A DNA stretch of 63,844 nt, filler included, from 11 parts of 11 records of this genome joined end to end with filler, not necessarily neighbours in it; one strand, 5' to 3'; counted from the whole stretch's first letter, positions 24,501 through 35,545 are shown. Made by a program: numbers and translations. Notes: a model not told the origin generated them from the sequence alone.

Positions 24501-27500
24501 TGGCTTCACGCCTTTTCTGTTTCTTCATCGCTGCAAGCCCAACGACTGCTTTAGAACTAGGTGACGAGGATCCGTCGCGCTCATCTTCGTCGTCATGATG
24601 TTCTTCGTCATCGTCATCCAGCAAGATATTATCAATTCCCTGAGCTGCGTTCTCGGCACGTTTTACTGCTTTTGCACCACCGCCCCGCTGCAAGACTGGG
24701 CAGCATCTAGCGCCGACGGTCTGATGTGCCCAAGCGTGTGTGAATATCCACAGATCGTCTGGACCGAGGGTCTGTGCAACTGGGTTTTGTGCAGCAAACT
24801 CATCCAGCACAATCACAGCAAATAGATTTAAGTTGATCATAACCATGATGATGAAGAAGGACATAAAGTACGCTGTCGCCACCATCTCGCTCTTTCCTTC
24901 TGCTCCGAGGTCTGCAGTCAGCCACATGTAGTTTTGACCAAACATCACTTGAAACAGAAGCATAACCGAGTTTGGAAACGTGGCAAAGTTGTTGTTTTCG
25001 TTGTAGTAATCGTGGTCCCATCCCGCATCACCGAACAGCTGCACACCTGCAACTCCATAGAGAAACATAAACACTGACATAATTGCGGCAATAGTAAGAG
25101 CCGGCACTATGCACTTCAAGACCGTGTCGATCATGCTCATTAGCCCAGGCAGCTGTTGCGCCAGCAGGAAGAGGCGCAGTGCGCGAAGAACACGCAAGCT
25201 TTCAATGCCAGAAGTCTGGCTCTGCAGTGCAGAGAGAATAGAGATGACCACGAGCGCACAATCGAAGCAGTTCCATCCTTTGGAGAAGTACCCGCCTAGC
25301 CCGAAGCCAATCATTTTGCATGCCATCTCCACGCTGTAGAACCCTAGAAATCCGTAATCAATGTAGTGCACTGCAAGAGTAAACGACGGGTGCGAAGCAG
25401 GATAATGAAACGCCAGCAGGAGTGTGCAGTTCAACACTATCACAAGCATCTCCGTCGCTTGGAATCTGCGATCGGTGACCAGGTTGAAAAACTTCAACCG
25501 CAACAAGAAAAACCGGACTCCTGGCATCGGTTTGTCTTCATCGTGCTCCTCATCTTGTGGGGTAAACGTTTCAATCATGTAGTTGCACTGCATCCACCTG
25601 CGCTGCAATGTCGTTACAACCAGCGTGCCCGTGCTCTTCGAGAACGCCGTACTCATCACGCCAATAAACAGGTTCAACAGGAAGAAGGTGAAGATTAGGT
25701 GAAACACGGCAAAGTATCCAATCGATGAAAAATGAGATGCCAGGTGATCAGGCGCAAGACCAGGTCCAGCAATGTTAAGTCCTACGTTCTGCAGTGGCAT
25801 GACACCAGCAGTAGCTGCTTTAAGCAGAGACAATATTCCATCAAATGCGTTGTCGAATCCGAACGGCGGTGGCTTCCACTCTACAGCAGCCCCATTCCGC
25901 TGTGCGTTCAGGCATTCCGTTTCATTCAGTCCTGCGTACTCCTCATCGTCATCCATGTACGTGATGCCACTCGTCTGTGGTTCTTGACACGCACCTGTTA
26001 TAGCACCGCCCAAAGCATGGCACATCATCAGCTTATCTGGATCTTTCTCTGGTGCGTCCCCTTTTTGCAATTGCACCAGAGACTCAGGCAATGGCATGCA
26101 TTGTCTCATTCGTCCGTCGCCGAATATCTCAACGCCGATGAAGCCTAGGATGGCCATCAAAAACACAATTGGTACGCTGACCACGGAAATCAATGGCAGC
26201 GCGGATTTAAATGCCCCAAAGATCTTTCTTAGACCTCGATGGCGTGCCAAAGACGCCATTGGTGCCATGGATTGCAGCATTTTAGCGTAATTTTTATCGT
26301 TTCCCTCCAATGTAGGCATCAAGATGCGAGTTGATGTACACACGACAATGATTAAAAAGTCGATCTGGTTAATTCCACTGCGCAGGTACGGCGCACGAGG
26401 ACCAGATTTGAACACGAACCCGCGGCTTATGGAACGCAATACGAATTCGAGGTAAAATATCCCCAGAACCATGTCTTCGATGACAGCAATAGGGTCGAAG
26501 CCTCCAGCACAACCGTCGCTATGCCCCTCAGCAGGACCTTCGGACATCGACGAGTCATCAGTGGCCACCGATACACATCGTCTCGTCATGGTCATGGCCA
26601 AACAGGACGCGAGGACTCCAACGAGGACCATGGTCTCAAATTGCTTGTGACTCTCTACTTTGCAGCAAAATACTCTAATAGGAGACGACAGATAGAACAG
26701 GAACAGCGACTTGTTCTTCTGCTTTTTTGTTTCGCCGAGAGCCAACGCTGCCTCGGCAGCCTGAAACAAGCCGAGCACAGGATCGTCTGCGGAATTGTCT
26801 TCGACCCCATCCGCCGCTTCTGCCTTGTCACGATCGACGACTGCTTGCAGGCTGTGTTTCACCTCCTTGCCCTTTTTTTTCTTGTGCTTTCTTGCTGCAT
26901 TGTACTGCTGCTGCTGTTCTGGCAGCTTCTGAGCTTCGTCCATTGAAAAGTTGAGCAGCAACACAGCAACAAAAAGGCTGAAAAGAACTCCATGGACCAC
27001 AATCCACATGAACATGAAGTATGGTGCAGCATATGCCCCGATAGGGCTGTATCGGTAATACCAAAACATCACTTCACTCCAGTCCTCTCCAGTCATTATT
27101 TGGAACGACGTCAAAAACCCAATTGAGAATGTCTCAAAGTTGGCTTCCGGATACTCACAGTCGCCTGGTGAGTCCCACAAAGTTTCAAGGCGTTCACGAT
27201 TGTAAGCCATCTCACATCCCCCTCCCATGACGTGCATCATAATCAGAGTGCACATGGCCAGAAAGAACACTACAAACATCATCAGCACTACTGCAGTTGA
27301 AGCAGTCTGGAAAACTTTCTTCAGCACCTCACGCATCGTCTTGTACTTGTACGTCATGCGGAAGAGTTGAGTAATTCGAGAAATCTTAACTATGCGTTCA
27401 AACCAGTCATCAGGCAGACGCTGCGTGGAGAATACTGTGATCATTGAGGAAGTAGAGTTCCCGTTATCCCACGAAGAGTCTCCGTCTTGCCCGCCGACCG

Positions 27501-30500
27501 AGGCGACGCCAGAGGATACGAAATCGAGCCCCACGGCTCCAGCTGCGGCAATATTCGCTCGCTGTTCTGCTAGCTGCTGTGCGTTGTACGTCCCGATGTA
27601 ACCAAATATGGTGCACGCAAGAATAGTCAAGTCTAGCCGGTTTTCGCCGAAATGAAGCACACGTCTGCCCAGTCCCAGGACATGCAGACTAAACTCTACA
27701 ACAAAGAAGATCAGCAAAATCAGCTCAATATGTAGCAGCATACCCTTGAACTTTTCGATCGATCCAAAGCTGTCTGTGACCCAGGTTGGGGTCAAATCTT
27801 GTCCCATGATGATCAGAGCGTATGCACAGATCGCAACCATCACCAAAAGCTCGAACACTTTGCTGCCCACAGCAGATACAACGTAGGACCTCCAGCCGCC
27901 CTCCTGCTCGGCTTCATCGAAGATTTCCTGCATCTCTTCACGGTCTTCTTCCAGGTTGTTCAGTCCAATTCCGGGATTGTCCACCAAATTTTCCCTCAGC
28001 GTCTCCACTGTCTTTGTTGTCTTGTCGAACGCAATGCTCAACGTTTGATCTACTGCCGTGGTTGCTTCCTGCAGAATGTCCACCGGTGCATTGGCAGCTG
28101 CTACAACTATACCCGTTGTTCCAGATGCAACCGATGCTATTGCTGAGCTTTTCGGGCTCAGTGGCTGTTCTGTCTGTGCTCGTTCTTCTGTTTGCTTACG
28201 TTCCAGCTGTTCTAGCTGTTCCTGCTTCTCTTTCTCTTTCTGGTCCGCTGCATTCAACTTTTCCTGGATTTGTTTTGCCTCGGCTCGCGAAGACTTAGCT
28301 TGCTCCAGAGCACTGTGGATTTCTTCGAACACGCTACAGCAGATCGCCAGAAACAGGTTGAGCAAAATCAGAGTTAGCATAACTGTCGCCAACGCAAACA
28401 TTGGCCACGTAAGCCAGTGGCTGGTTGTGTCAGCTTCCCACATCGCATTTGGTATGTCCTGCATCCCGTTGTCGCCTGTCATGTGGATGAAAACTGTATA
28501 GAAGGCATGAAAAACGTTGTCGAAGCTTCGAGTTCCGTATTCATCCTCCCCGACGCCTTGCCATATGGGCCTTTTCACTTCCGTTTTGTTCGGACTGGGG
28601 TGAGTCTCGAGCTTAGCGACACACATGATGGGCTTGTCCCAACCCCAGTTCGTGTAGTCAGGTGCCATGTCAGGCTCAGTCACTCGTTCAACCTTTCGCT
28701 GTGAGTAGCATCTCAGTGAGTCGGGACATAAGCGAACCCCGTACTCACTATGTCCCCATATGTCAGAGGTAGGATACTCCGCAGACTCCGCGTGAGCAGC
28801 AGGCACCCATGCTTTGTTTTCGTACACGAGCTTGTCTCTCTCCAAACACGACTCTAAGTAGTCCGACGGAGACACACCCCTCCCAGTGAAAACCTGCATT
28901 GATCTATCTGCCATGCTCGCAGGGATATTTTCCGCGTTCCATGCGTGGACATCATCTCGACACGTGATACACGTGTAGTGCAGCGACCCAGCGAATGAGC
29001 TGATCCCAATCATAGAGAACAGCAAAATGACCAAGGCAGTTAGCAAGATGATGTCACGGAAAAGATGGGCCGAGTGGCTAAGGCATTGGCCAACAATGGT
29101 CAGATCCCCAAGCATCCGCAATGTACGGAGTGGGCGAAGAACTCGTCCAACTCGCAAGACAGAAATAATTTGCGGCTGATGTTGAGTGATTCCAGCCACT
29201 TCTAGCCGCTCTGCGGTCATCCCGGGCAAGTCCAGTAAGACGTTGTAAAACATCGGATAAATCAGGTACATCCAGTACACTGTTAGCACAATCGCATCAA
29301 GGATATGCCACGGATCTTTGAAGTAGCTACTGCTGCGTTTTGCTGAGACTTCACAAACGATTTCCAACAGCATCTCCAGAGTATAGAAAATGGTGACAAA
29401 CGTCTGACAGCTTTGCAGGAACACTGCTTCTGCATCTGTGGGTGGGTATGCGATGCTCTGACAAGCCAGGACATACATAGTCAAGACTACAGAGCACAGG
29501 ACGCTTGACTCGAAATACCATGTCTTGATCAGAATCGAGACGTGCTGTTGGAGCTCCGCGTCCAAACCCAAATGTGACACTACCATCTTGTCCCAGCCGG
29601 TGAGGCCAAGTGCATCCGGTGCATGCATGTTCTTGACCTTGGACGCACCTTGGGCAACGAAGAATTTGCGGCAGTGCTCCTGGCTCATGCCGATCTGTTT
29701 CACTTTCGTGATTTCCAACTGCAGCAACGTTTCCTTGCTCCGAACGCCTAGGGTTGCCATTCGTCGTGAGTACATTTCCAGACCGTGCTCGTCTAGCCAA
29801 AGCTGCACCTCCATAAGGTCTCCAACGTTTGCGTCATCGATTGCTGGCATGGACAGATACTTCCATGCCAGTCGAGCCATAAACAGCTCTAACACAATCA
29901 GCCCCAAACAGAAATACACGATGTACCTCAGCTGGTCGGAGATGAACTCTTCCATGCAAACTTGTGGCTCGCTGCCCTCCGCGCAGTGACAAAGTTCTTC
30001 GTAGTAATTTGTGACGTTTTGTGTAGCATTTCCAGTAGTAATTTCCTCGGTCTCATTCACCAAGCCATCCATTATCGGCGTGATAGAGTTCACTGCAGTG
30101 ACCGCGTGGGTCACAACTGGCTCCATCTCGCATGCCTGGGTCAGGATCGCAGCGTACGTCTCGTTCTGTAACCCCTGCATCGCTACGGATTCGTCCAACG
30201 CGAACATACCAACCACAGATATCTCCGCCGCGACGATGAGCAAAAGCATGAACGAGTACGCACGCAGCCACTCGATGCGTGTGCGGTCTAATCCGTGTAG
30301 GCCTATCCAACATACGCCGATGAACCCCACTTGTATCCAGCACATCACTTTGTTTGACGTAGTTGGCATACATATCGTGCCTGCTGCGCCGTGCAGACCG
30401 ATAGCATCCAGGAATCCACCTGGGCAGTTGAGAACATGATACCACAGCACAAGTGCCGCCACCAATGCCGTAAAACCCAGGGCAATATTGAAGATCCACA

Positions 30501-30828
30501 GCACCAACTTGGCAAGTTTGTCCGCCCCTGAGCTTTTTCTGACCATCAACTCCTCTTTGCGCGCGATAGCCGCTTTTATAGCGCGATATCTTCTGTACGC
30601 TTTCTGGATGCGTGTTGCGGCTTCCATGTGATGTCTTCTAAAGCCCTTCTCGTACGAGTCTGACCACTGGTCCCGCTGACCCTCGCCTGTCTTATAGCTC
30701 GCCTTAACCGCTTTTGCATCGCCTTTTTTCGATTTTTTCGAATTTTCGGCTGCACCCGCTTCTGCTGAGGGTGCCTCGACGTACAGGTCAGGTTGCTGCC
30801 CCGCGTTGTCTGCCTCTGCCCTGCCCAT
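21523..30828 (-). CDS. Four-domain voltage-gated cation channel-like protein (Cav/Nav superfamily) with IQ, extra N-terminal TM block, SAM, C2, PH and EF-hand-like domains
   Basis: A 3101-aa ORF with four 6-TM repeats. S6 motifs LNLFLAI, LFVAVLL, LNLFIGV and LNLFAVIV; DPWHILD and GWNCFD; PH motif EGWLWKRG..WERRW. Confidence 0.88.
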   Translation of the reverse strand: MGRAEADNAGQQPDLYVEAPSAEAGAAENSKKSKKGDAKAVKASYKTGEGQRDQWSDSYEKGFRRHHMEAATRIQKAYRRYRAIKAAIARKEELMVRKSSGADKLAKLVLWIFNIALGFTALVAALVLWYHVLNCPGGFLDAIGLHGAAGTICMPTTSNKVMCWIQVGFIGVCWIGLHGLDRTRIEWLRAYSFMLLLIVAAEISVVGMFALDESVAMQGLQNETYAAILTQACEMEPVVTHAVTAVNSITPIMDGLVNETEEITTGNATQNVTNYYEELCHCAEGSEPQVCMEEFISDQLRYIVYFCLGLIVLELFMARLAWKYLSMPAIDDANVGDLMEVQLWLDEHGLEMYSRRMATLGVRSKETLLQLEITKVKQIGMSQEHCRKFFVAQGASKVKNMHAPDALGLTGWDKMVVSHLGLDAELQQHVSILIKTWYFESSVLCSVVLTMYVLACQSIAYPPTDAEAVFLQSCQTFVTIFYTLEMLLEIVCEVSAKRSSSYFKDPWHILDAIVLTVYWMYLIYPMFYNVLLDLPGMTAERLEVAGITQHQPQIISVLRVGRVLRPLRTLRMLGDLTIVGQCLSHSAHLFRDIILLTALVILLFSMIGISSFAGSLHYTCITCRDDVHAWNAENIPASMADRSMQVFTGRGVSPSDYLESCLERDKLVYENKAWVPAAHAESAEYPTSDIWGHSEYGVRLCPDSLRCYSQRKVERVTEPDMAPDYTNWGWDKPIMCVAKLETHPSPNKTEVKRPIWQGVGEDEYGTRSFDNVFHAFYTVFIHMTGDNGMQDIPNAMWEADTTSHWLTWPMFALATVMLTLILLNLFLAICCSVFEEIHSALEQAKSSRAEAKQIQEKLNAADQKEKEKQEQLEQLERKQTEERAQTEQPLSPKSSAIASVASGTTGIVVAAANAPVDILQEATTAVDQTLSIAFDKTTKTVETLRENLVDNPGIGLNNLEEDREEMQEIFDEAEQEGGWRSYVVSAVGSKVFELLVMVAICAYALIIMGQDLTPTWVTDSFGSIEKFKGMLLHIELILLIFFVVEFSLHVLGLGRRVLHFGENRLDLTILACTIFGYIGTYNAQQLAEQRANIAAAGAVGLDFVSSGVASVGGQDGDSSWDNGNSTSSMITVFSTQRLPDDWFERIVKISRITQLFRMTYKYKTMREVLKKVFQTASTAVVLMMFVVFFLAMCTLIMMHVMGGGCEMAYNRERLETLWDSPGDCEYPEANFETFSIGFLTSFQIMTGEDWSEVMFWYYRYSPIGAYAAPYFMFMWIVVHGVLFSLFVAVLLLNFSMDEAQKLPEQQQQYNAARKHKKKKGKEVKHSLQAVVDRDKAEAADGVEDNSADDPVLGLFQAAEAALALGETKKQKNKSLFLFYLSSPIRVFCCKVESHKQFETMVLVGVLASCLAMTMTRRCVSVATDDSSMSEGPAEGHSDGCAGGFDPIAVIEDMVLGIFYLEFVLRSISRGFVFKSGPRAPYLRSGINQIDFLIIVVCTSTRILMPTLEGNDKNYAKMLQSMAPMASLARHRGLRKIFGAFKSALPLISVVSVPIVFLMAILGFIGVEIFGDGRMRQCMPLPESLVQLQKGDAPEKDPDKLMMCHALGGAITGACQEPQTSGITYMDDDEEYAGLNETECLNAQRNGAAVEWKPPPFGFDNAFDGILSLLKAATAGVMPLQNVGLNIAGPGLAPDHLASHFSSIGYFAVFHLIFTFFLLNLFIGVMSTAFSKSTGTLVVTTLQRRWMQCNYMIETFTPQDEEHDEDKPMPGVRFFLLRLKFFNLVTDRRFQATEMLVIVLNCTLLLAFHYPASHPSFTLAVHYIDYGFLGFYSVEMACKMIGFGLGGYFSKGWNCFDCALVVISILSALQSQTSGIESLRVLRALRLFLLAQQLPGLMSMIDTVLKCIVPALTIAAIMSVFMFLYGVAGVQLFGDAGWDHDYYNENNNFATFPNSVMLLFQVMFGQNYMWLTADLGAEGKSEMVATAYFMSFFIIMVMINLNLFAVIVLDEFAAQNPVAQTLGPDDLWIFTHAWAHQTVGARCCPVLQRGGGAKAVKRAENAAQGIDNILLDDDDEEHHDDEDERDGSSSPSSKAVVGLAAMKKQKRREAKRPFGVAHVIIDRITGLPLGSDGKFADMRPYVRVYSRPHGRVQAVHTTVKTKTSGKGTNTTTSFGEEFNVAVDRREKSLAFEVVDQLSDKKLGRAFYSTRKAAKHVEVLMPDMITLALLGDRKPIAEATDEEREQIKKDALTSPRSGASSPKSPRGKQSPKGSRSPTPTDSEPATFRPKVGEIHFKIVFQTNMSMPRFDFMAEFNDNTSFKQGGCGIEGWLWKRGGDAMFPKWERRWMWLSIPSVHDPDREPAVHYYKECDDEAELEDNGRRGMLVIHTIHAEEIKEVHSKLHWEDGKEHKVAGRDAAMLGDSEFQFTRSARTSAGGKSRNESVYRFRALSPDQKSTWVASLKWLQSVGTPHDVHDGRSKDELVAVILARAEANGSEQLFHDALLKELNSHSVEELQHRDWLENLKVSRPDRMPMPPLNERDVERVQNNPALLGMPFSRARFLLVELSSHGSLGSNHLNRERLLYTLFNLEMYAMNRNSGKKRQKAALQAHVGCYLSEIRGLNYMQTLRRLCLLHYEKRHSLMYQQQVEEYEHDLHKVALNMISSALSAWIFGKILPKHHANRYGARRNEVLYGKGREVKAEAKRVKKEAAKALHEENEQRAARGEPPLQPDEFDPNAHRYETYPSNSLWRRLPQAHRAAVVGVASMRLESLAILFRAVKKEKPVLLAQQEEARKKELQRVAALSDEERKEEEAKKKKKQAEEAAKAERRARRKNAGCICLSRKGSNTSGRSYNNPMMNADDPTSPIGDSLLSPAERGEAMDSDEEEEGYGLSAAMDEEVLDDMDAQGSHTATGMGDVGFDDDSDEDDNYVSEETKAAYREVFDAFASSPGAPLDQNAAAKLLEKHYGLVLVDSKLSPKQYVGRYWNDAKRPQMCSDSDTGFTFEDYILWEADNYSLNFGEKQPTEIVGTKAQAWADAHQGTAEDQRALLRNAADASIGEKSTSVSDDTDRIAVETSERVGKNENAGEEGRTVMLNPMMAVS

Positions 30829-31369
30829 GCCGGGTATTATCTTCTACGCTGTACTGTACCCCCACACCACACTCGACAGCGCCGCGAGACACGCGGAGCC
30901 GTTGTCCAAGGTGCGCTGTTCTGCTAGACAGTCGCTGTTGCTCAGTGCGCAAGCACAGCAAACCTGCCGGTGCCGCCAGGGGCCTGCAGGCCCTCGTGCG
31001 AACAATGCAGCTTTGCTTCGCGATTTGTAGGCGCCAGGGCGCAGGTGCACGGCAGTGTCGTATCAACCGTGATCATTCACTCGTTGAAGCTGCCGTTCCA
31101 TCTCGCCAGCCGTCCGCGATACGGCAATGCAATCCGTTGGCGTTCTGGATAGGAGGGCACTCTCACAACCTGCTGGCCGTGCTTAGGCGCCGCGTCCAGT
31201 TCGGGCAGCGTACGCTCAGGGCCCGGGATCCTCACGCTCTAGTGGATCACGCTCTAGTGGCAAACGCAAACGGCGTGGACAGCCGCTGATGAACACGCTG
31301 CCATGTGGCATGTCACCGTCGCGTGTCTCCTAAGCGTGAGTCCGTCGAGTGAGTGGTGGTCGGTGACTG

Positions 31370-32220
31370 AATGGTGCAGTTCAGTGTCCAGTGCAAAACA
31401 CCGTACCAGTACTACGTACACGTAGTACTAGCTAGTGGAGCCGTACTAACTACTATGAATCGCACTCTAGGAAACCCCTACCAGTGTACTATTGATGGTT
31501 TGCATTACCAGTACAGCCATACTATTATAGTACTGCGAGAGAGCGAGACCCGGAGTAATGGCCCAACGAAGCTGTTGTTCGGACAAAGTTCCATCAAGCA
31601 TTTTAGCATACTAGGAAGTCCTCCTAGTACTACTAGTAGATAGTACTAGATAGTAAACGTACTATTGATTGAGTACAACTGTACATGCTGACTACTACGT
31701 ACTATTTACTAGTAGACTACATGTAGCATACTAGTATTGTCAAGTACCTGGTAGTACTCTGAATGAGTATGGTGAATTGTAGTCTACTAATCTAGTACTA
31801 TCATAGTACGTACAGGTCCTACTACAATTAGAGTACATGCAGCTGTACTACCATCATACTAGTAGTATGTACTACCTACAGTACGTGTAGGTAGTATCCA
31901 TCAATCGATCTCTGAGTATACTATAGTGTACAGTACCTGGTAGTACTCTGAATCGTGAATGAGTACTACGGTATACCAGTATGGTGAATTGTACTACTAC
32001 TACTAGTAGTAGTAGGAAGTAGTCAAGTACTAGAGTAGTCTACTCCGAGGACTACTCGAGTACTATCATACTTCTGTCTGTACATACAGTACCAGTACAG
32101 GTCATACTCAATTACAGCTGTACTACAATTATGGTACATGCAGCAGTAGTGATGTACGTACTACTAGTACTACTATTCGAATAGTTGCTAGTACAGCTGC
32201 ACTATGTACCAGTACTATAA
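31370..32220. repeat. AT-rich low-complexity region saturated with TAG/CTA/GTAC words and short direct repeats
   Basis: 22-bp AGTACCTGGTAGTACTCTGAAT at 31743 and 31932; AGTATGGTGAATTGTA at 31766 and 31978. No credible ORF. Confidence 0.75.
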
Positions 32221-32450
32221 ATCCCAGCGGCTCGTCCAGCAGGAAAATTGGTTGCAGTCGACGTTTTGCTTTTGGTGACCCATCGTGATTTTGACCGACT
32301 CGAGGCATGTCGGAAATCCTGAGAATTCTCAATTCCAGTTTTCATGAGTANNNNNNNNNNNNNNNNNNNNNNNNNNNNNNNNNNNNNNNNNNNNTTAATT
32401 AATTAANNNNNNNNNNNNNNNNNNNNNNNNNNNNNNNNNNNNNNNNNNNN

Positions 32451-35400
32451 CTCCGGCTCCGGCTCCGGCTCCGGCTCCGTTGGAGTGCGATCTCTCGGTA
32501 TGTCTTCTCGCTCCGTTGTTCGGGCTGTTTGATACGCGAACGCAAGCTTTTCTGTGTAGATGCTGAGCTCCTCACCAAACTTTCCTTTCTCCCGTGCATC
32601 GATCAGGTCTTGGCACGCCTTCATCAACGCATCCATGCGTCGTTTATCGTGGTGGCTAGGCGAATATGACAAACATGGAAGCAAAATAATCACGACAGGG
32701 ATCAGCAACCCATTGATGGTACACTTCGCCATGCTGACTCTTCTGCAGAAGAGGCCCAAATACTGAGACGGTCTCACATTCGTTTTTGTGTCGCGTCTTC
32801 GAATTCTCCTTTGACGAGGTCTCGGATAAGGTTCGAAAGCCAGTACACAGCAATTGTATAGAATCCGACAAGCCCGACTGCGACGGTTGTACACCACACC
32901 AATCAGAATGGGGCCAATGGAAACAACGCCTGGTTCAACAGGCCTACCTGAATCCATCTTGTCAAGCAGTGTCGAGAGAACACCACTATCACTGACGGAA
33001 ATCTTGCCGTTGGCCAAAATGAAGCACAGCCCTTCGTAGTCTGGAACGTCGCAGTTGCCTGTCAGGGTAAACCATCCCAGATCAGCACCGAACGAAGCAT
33101 TGCGGTACGTCTCCCCAGCTACGCAGGTCTGATCAAGATGTGGCGTTGTCCATACATGACTGTCATGGCAGATTTGTGACAGTCCGACGTAGTTCCAGCT
33201 CAGATCGACGGTCTTCATGATTTCTGTCTCCAAGATGGAGTTCACGTTTCCCGTAGCCGGAAGCCCCATGTACAGCGGGTACTGAACGATGCCCTTGACG
33301 ACTGGTGTGCTGGTAATCTTTCCAGTGTTGCCGGTGGTGATGGCTTCCACGAGCTGTGACAAGCGATTCATCTGATCACCTGCCAGAGGGTACCAAGCTG
33401 TGTGGCCGGCGATGTCCTCCTGTTTCGATTCTTTAGTTCGTGAGAACGTGTATGACAGCCTGCTGCTGAGGCCTACGCCAATAACAACGAGGGGTCAGCT
33501 GAATCAACGAACACGCGAGTTCACAGGCAGCTGCCTAGCAGACGCACTCGGGCACGACTTAGGGCGTTCCTTTATATCCTTAGACTTGCATTTCGGGTCC
33601 GGGTTCTTCAAAGCTTTCAAGAATTCATCACGCGCACGCGACGTGATGGACCATCCCGACGTAGCATTGTCTTTGCCAATCGTCAAGAGCTGAAGCTGGT
33701 CGTACCTGCGTAAATTGCACACACGTGCCCAAAGTGAACGTACTGCAAACAATCCGTAGGTCTAGACCTAGTTGTTTGTACTTGTAATTTTCCTCCAGCC
33801 GTCCCTGAATGCTCTTTCTTTGTCGTATTTCATCTTCCGTTTGGAAACGGCCGTACATGTCGCCCTTGTCAACCACCGGGGAAATTTTTGCCGAGCTGGA
33901 TGACCACAAGGTGTATGTATCCACTGTGCAGCCGTCCGGGTCCAGGTCAGGCCTATCGCAGACTCCCGCGAGGGCACGCACGTCGAGCTGCACATGGACA
34001 CCTTCCACACGTGCTGGCTTTGTCTGCCCCAGAACATCGGAGGTTGAATAGTAGAAAAGAGGTCCCCAGATGGCAAGCAGCAGCATGACAAGACCACAGC
34101 CCCATTTGCAGCGCTCGTTCTGTGGCGATGCCTTCCATTTCTGTTCAAGTTCTTCGTCTGTTTTGCTGTTGCCGTCCTTTTTCTGCTGTTCGAACTGCTC
34201 TTGATTTTCGTACCTGAAAGGTGTATCATCAGCTATGATAAATCAAATAGATGTGTCAATGCCGCGTCACAACATAAGATTGTGAACGCACAAGTTTGTG
34301 TAGATTTCTTCGACCCTGATATAGCATGAAAGTGGGAGCGCAGTCCGCGTGCATTGCCAGTCGATCTGCACCCGACACACAAGTTTGTGTGTTTCAAATA
34401 CTGTGCAGAGCTCAGAATTCACGCGCAGAAATGAGAATCACGTACCAAATAGACCAACTCCATCAGGAATGGCGTTCTACGGATGAGAAATCGAAGCTTG
34501 TGAAGCATGGTGATCTTGTCCCCAGGCACTTGGTCGTACTGGGTGAAAGCTCGACCATGCTTGCGCTTGAGTTTCCTCTCAAGCTGTGTTGCGGACTTAT
34601 AGAAGTACATGGAGCACGCGACCATCAGCCGGATTGACCAGCTTCCTGTCCAGCTCCAGTTTTCTGATGAGTCAGACTCATCCACAGCCAGAGAGTCGGC
34701 GGTAATCCAGTAAGCACAGAACGCCATCAATGAGAGCCACTGCATCAGAAGCTTCCACGTGCGAGATTCCGTTATATACACGACGCGATCTGCAATGATC
34801 AGCATAAAGACACCACAGCCCAGCGCGACAATGCTCGTTGGGACCGAGCTGCTCTGCGTCACACTCTGGGAGATTTGACTCGCCGATTGGCCTGTCATCT
34901 CGAAGTATAGTGCGACAACCAAGGGTAGTGCAACAAGCTGCCAGCAAAGGATTGGAACGTATCCGTCATCATCTGAAGGACTGGATGCATCCAGTCCAGG
35001 TTGTATTTCTAGTCCCACTTCTACTTTGCCCTCGTCTGCCTTGAGACCTGTGATGTCACACACGACTGCCCAACTCAGTAGACCAACGAAAGTAAAAAAC
35101 AGGCTGAACACCACCATTACTAACAGATAGTGCGGGTTTCTGCTCAAACAGCTGTCCCCGGTTTGGCCCGTCCATACGATGGACCAGTCCTCAAAGTCGA
35201 TGTGAGTAGGAATATCGTCGAACACACACATCATGCCGAGCGATGCTGCCACTAGAACCATCACCAACGAGATCATTGACAAGGTAGATAGTCTCACGCC
35301 GAACAAAGAAGTCAGCTGGACTTTATCTTGGATGTAAACGGCTACGTTTTGTTTCACCGGACGCAGAAGGGCGTCATCCCAGAACTCAAGTGGCGGAAGC

Positions 35401-35545
35401 AGCGAGAACGAGCGATCTAACTGATTTGGTACCAATTGGCTTAAGTCGCTGTTGAGCTCGTCGCTCCATTCGCCCCGACGAAGCAGCCGGTGGCGGTGAA
35501 GCAGCAATACTATAAGCAGAGCAATATCCCACCCCAGATTCAACA
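32451..35545 (-). CDS. Piezo-like mechanosensitive channel, C-terminal part (multi-exon, truncated by both contig ends)
   Basis: Removing intron 34366-34445 yields PFLMELVYL/IDW, the Piezo PF-x2-E-x6-W hallmark, followed by TAL..RVEEIY. Outer helix LAIWGPLFYYS; C-terminal CQDLIDAREKG..EE..LAFAY. Confidence 0.85.
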
